DNA from: Desulfomicrobium sp.
GTDB lineage: Bacteria; Desulfobacterota; Desulfovibrionia; Desulfovibrionales; Desulfomicrobiaceae
Direction: 5' to 3'
Assembly: GCA_040768745.1 (NCBI GenBank)
Contig: JAXGMI010000001.1
Coordinates: 800,001 to 864,000 of the forward strand
DNA length: 64,000 nt
How positions within the stretch are numbered: position 1 is the first letter of the stretch; each line of letters starts with the position of its first letter. Under the pieces are notes generated by a model. It was not told where the DNA came from. It saw nothing but the letters and a program-made list of their open reading frames with translations, and searched no databases. This document shows positions 61,643 to 64,000 of the stretch, one piece after another. Position numbers and translations under genes: made by a program.

Positions 61643-62917
61643 ATGCGCGATCTCAAGAAAATGTATCATACACTCCAACGGGACTCCTTTCCCGAAACCC
61701 TGGCCCTGACCCTGGGCGATCAGACCATCCGTTTCACCAAAAAAACCTGGAACATCGGCGGCGAGCAACGGGGCCTCCGCTACGGCGAAAACCCGGATCA
61801 GCCAGCTGCCTTGTACCAAGTGGCCGAAAGCTCCTTCGCCATGGACGGGGTGGCCTTCCAGCAGGGCCAGCACAAGCTCGTCTCGGCCCTGACCGAGGAA
61901 AACCTGATCCAGTCCGGCAAGCATCCCGGCAAGATCAACCTGACCGACGTGGACAACGGCATCAACATACTGCAGTACCTGACAGCCAAACCCGCGGCCA
62001 TCATCCTGAAACACAACAATCCCTGCGGTGCTGCCTGGTCTGCCGACGGCCTGTACGCGGCCCTGTCCAGGGCCTTCGCCTCGGACCGCATCGCAGCCTT
62101 TGGCGGAACCATCGTCGTCAACCGCACCCTGGACAAGACCTGTGCCCAATTCATCAACGCGAGCTATTTCGAGGTCATCGCGGCTCCGGACTATGAACCC
62201 GAGGCCCTGGCCGAGCTGATCGCCAAGAAGAATCTGCGCATCATCCGTCTTCCGGCCCTGGCCGAGTTGGACAGCATGGTCGGCACCCCTTTTCTGGACA
62301 TAAAGTCCCTGGTGGACGGAGGTCTCATCATCCAGGCCTCCTTCCGGAACCGCATCCTGTCCGCAGATGATTTCCTGCCTGCCGAAGCCACCAAGGACGG
62401 CACCACATTCCTGGCCCGAAAGCCGTCGACCCAGGAAGCCGACGACCTGCTTTTCGCCTGGGCCGTGGAATCGGGCGTGACCTCGAATTCCATCATCTTT
62501 GCCCGGGACGGGGCCACAGTGTCCATCGGCACGGGTGAGCAGGATCGGGTTGGCTGCGTGGAACTGACCATCCAGAAGGCCTACACGAAATACGCGGACA
62601 AGCTGGCTTTTGCCCGCCACGGTCTGTCACTCTACGAACTGAAGCAAAAGGCCCTGACAGACAAGGAACTGGCCGCGTCCCTGACCGAACTCCTGGCCCG
62701 GACCGAGGCGGACAAGGGTGGGTTGCCTGGCAGCGTTCTTGTTTCGGATGGATTCTTCCCCTTCCGCGACGGCGTGGATCTGGCCATCGCCCAGGGGGTG
62801 ACCGCCATTGCCCAGCCCGGGGGGTCCATCCGGGACTTCGAAATCATCCAGGCCGTGAACGAAGCCGCCCCGCAAGTGGCCATGGTCTTCACCGGTCAAC
62901 GTTCCTTCAAACACTAG
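61643..62917 (+). CDS. purH: PurH-like AICAR transformylase-domain protein
   Basis: LRYGENP.Q.AA.Y, KHNNPCG, AFGG, SDGFFPFRD, QPGGSIRD and MVFTG.R.FKH; N-terminal cyclohydrolase domain not seen. Confidence 0.85.
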   Translation: MRDLKKMYHTLQRDSFPETLALTLGDQTIRFTKKTWNIGGEQRGLRYGENPDQPAALYQVAESSFAMDGVAFQQGQHKLVSALTEENLIQSGKHPGKINLTDVDNGINILQYLTAKPAAIILKHNNPCGAAWSADGLYAALSRAFASDRIAAFGGTIVVNRTLDKTCAQFINASYFEVIAAPDYEPEALAELIAKKNLRIIRLPALAELDSMVGTPFLDIKSLVDGGLIIQASFRNRILSADDFLPAEATKDGTTFLARKPSTQEADDLLFAWAVESGVTSNSIIFARDGATVSIGTGEQDRVGCVELTIQKAYTKYADKLAFARHGLSLYELKQKALTDKELAASLTELLARTEADKGGLPGSVLVSDGFFPFRDGVDLAIAQGVTAIAQPGGSIRDFEIIQAVNEAAPQVAMVFTGQRSFKH

Positions 62918-62976
62918 GCGCCCACAGCCTCCACAAACCGCTCCGGGCGACGCGCGCGACGCGCATAAGGCCATGT

Positions 62977-64000
62977 ATGTCCACTATCGCTCCCCTGCAG
63001 CCGGGATGCATCATGGAGTTCCTGCAGGACAACCAGCCCATCGTGGCATGGGTCCTGGAAGTCCAGGGTGCTCGTCTGCGCGTCTTCACCGCTGGGCAAC
63101 GCGAACTCAAGCTCCCCCTGTCCCGGGTTCTGCCGTGGACAGGGCCACAGTGCAGCGCCAACGCCAGTCGGCAGGACATGCTCGATCTGCTGCGCACCCA
63201 TCATGCCCGCAGGGATCGTCTGGCTGAATCCATCGACCCCTTGGAAATCTGGGAATTGGCCCAGGGCGAACTGGACGAAGCCGAAACCGATTGGTTCGCC
63301 AGCCTCATCTTCGAGGCTCCCAGCCCGGACCAGCTTGCGGCCCTGGGCCGCAAGCTGCTGCAGACCAAGACCCATTTCAAGTTCTCCCCGCCCAAATTCG
63401 AGATCTACGCCCAGGACGTTGTGGAGCGCCGCCAGGAGGAACTGCGCAAGGCCCAGGAGCGGGAACGACTGGTGGGCTTTGGCCAGGTTTTCCTGCGCGG
63501 GCTGTGGGACATCTTTTGCAAACGCAAAAGCTCAATCCCTGAACCCGAGCCGGACCAGTCCGCACGGATCAGAACCCTGCTCATGACCCGCATCGCAAAC
63601 CCCGACGACAGGGATTCGGAAACCCTGTGGAAGACCATGAGCCAGGGCCTTCCTGAGGAGCCGTTTTTGCCCCTGTACCTGGCCCAGGCCTGGGGCATTG
63701 TGCCACGGCATTACAATTTCCATCTGGTCCGGGCCGAGTACGACTGGGACCCGGACTGGTCCACGGAACACGCGCCGGCCATAAGCGAGGTGCAGGATCG
63801 CGCCCTGGCCACCCGGACAGCGCCACTGGCCAGCATCGTGACCATTGATTCGGCCAGCACGCAGGACATCGACGACGGTTTCAGTCTGGAGCGCGACGCC
63901 AACGGCTTCATCCTGCGCCAGGCCCTGGCCTGTCCACCGCTGGGCTGGGAATTCGGCAGTCCCCTGGACCGGGCCGTGCAGCACCGCTTCACCTCCCTGT
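62977..64000 (+). CDS. RNase II/R (RNB-domain) exoribonuclease, partial, runs off the window edge
   Basis: Hand translation from ATG 62977 (MSTIAPLQPGCIMEFLQDN...); catalytic TIDSASTQDIDDGFS near 63840-63885. Confidence 0.88.
   Translation, partial: MSTIAPLQPGCIMEFLQDNQPIVAWVLEVQGARLRVFTAGQRELKLPLSRVLPWTGPQCSANASRQDMLDLLRTHHARRDRLAESIDPLEIWELAQGELDEAETDWFASLIFEAPSPDQLAALGRKLLQTKTHFKFSPPKFEIYAQDVVERRQEELRKAQERERLVGFGQVFLRGLWDIFCKRKSSIPEPEPDQSARIRTLLMTRIANPDDRDSETLWKTMSQGLPEEPFLPLYLAQAWGIVPRHYNFHLVRAEYDWDPDWSTEHAPAISEVQDRALATRTAPLASIVTIDSASTQDIDDGFSLERDANGFILRQALACPPLGWEFGSPLDRAVQHRFTSL

Overview
GC-rich chromosomal window from a sulfate-reducing deltaproteobacterium, probably Desulfomicrobium-like judging by the tetraheme cytochrome c3 sequence, ahbB-hemL-cycA synteny and futalosine-pathway genes. 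From about 20 kb onward it is mostly housekeeping: a sigma54 two-component pair, pgi, an aminotransferase, a PilZ/PilB/HDOD cluster, tRNA-Val-thrS-infC-rpmI-rplT-pheST, gpsA, heme and menaquinone genes, purL, pyk, serB, holB, purA, a purH-like gene and an RNase II-family gene. The first 20 kb look accessory: REP-like remnants, hicAB, an operon encoding a Na+/K+-ATPase-like (P2C signature) pump with two TrkA/RCK proteins and a DUF190-CBS protein, a reversed motB-motA pair, ferredoxin, a VTC-domain/DUF4956/CotH-kinase operon, EmrAB, and a DUF1998 helicase-exonuclease gene split by an IS1182-family element inserted in a palindrome with a 19-bp duplication. The best candidates for an undescribed system are the VTC-DUF4956-CotH operon and the P2C-pump/RCK/PII-CBS operon. 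A PopZ/RomR-like acidic scaffold candidate is also noted. All family assignments come from motif recognition by eye; no database search was run.
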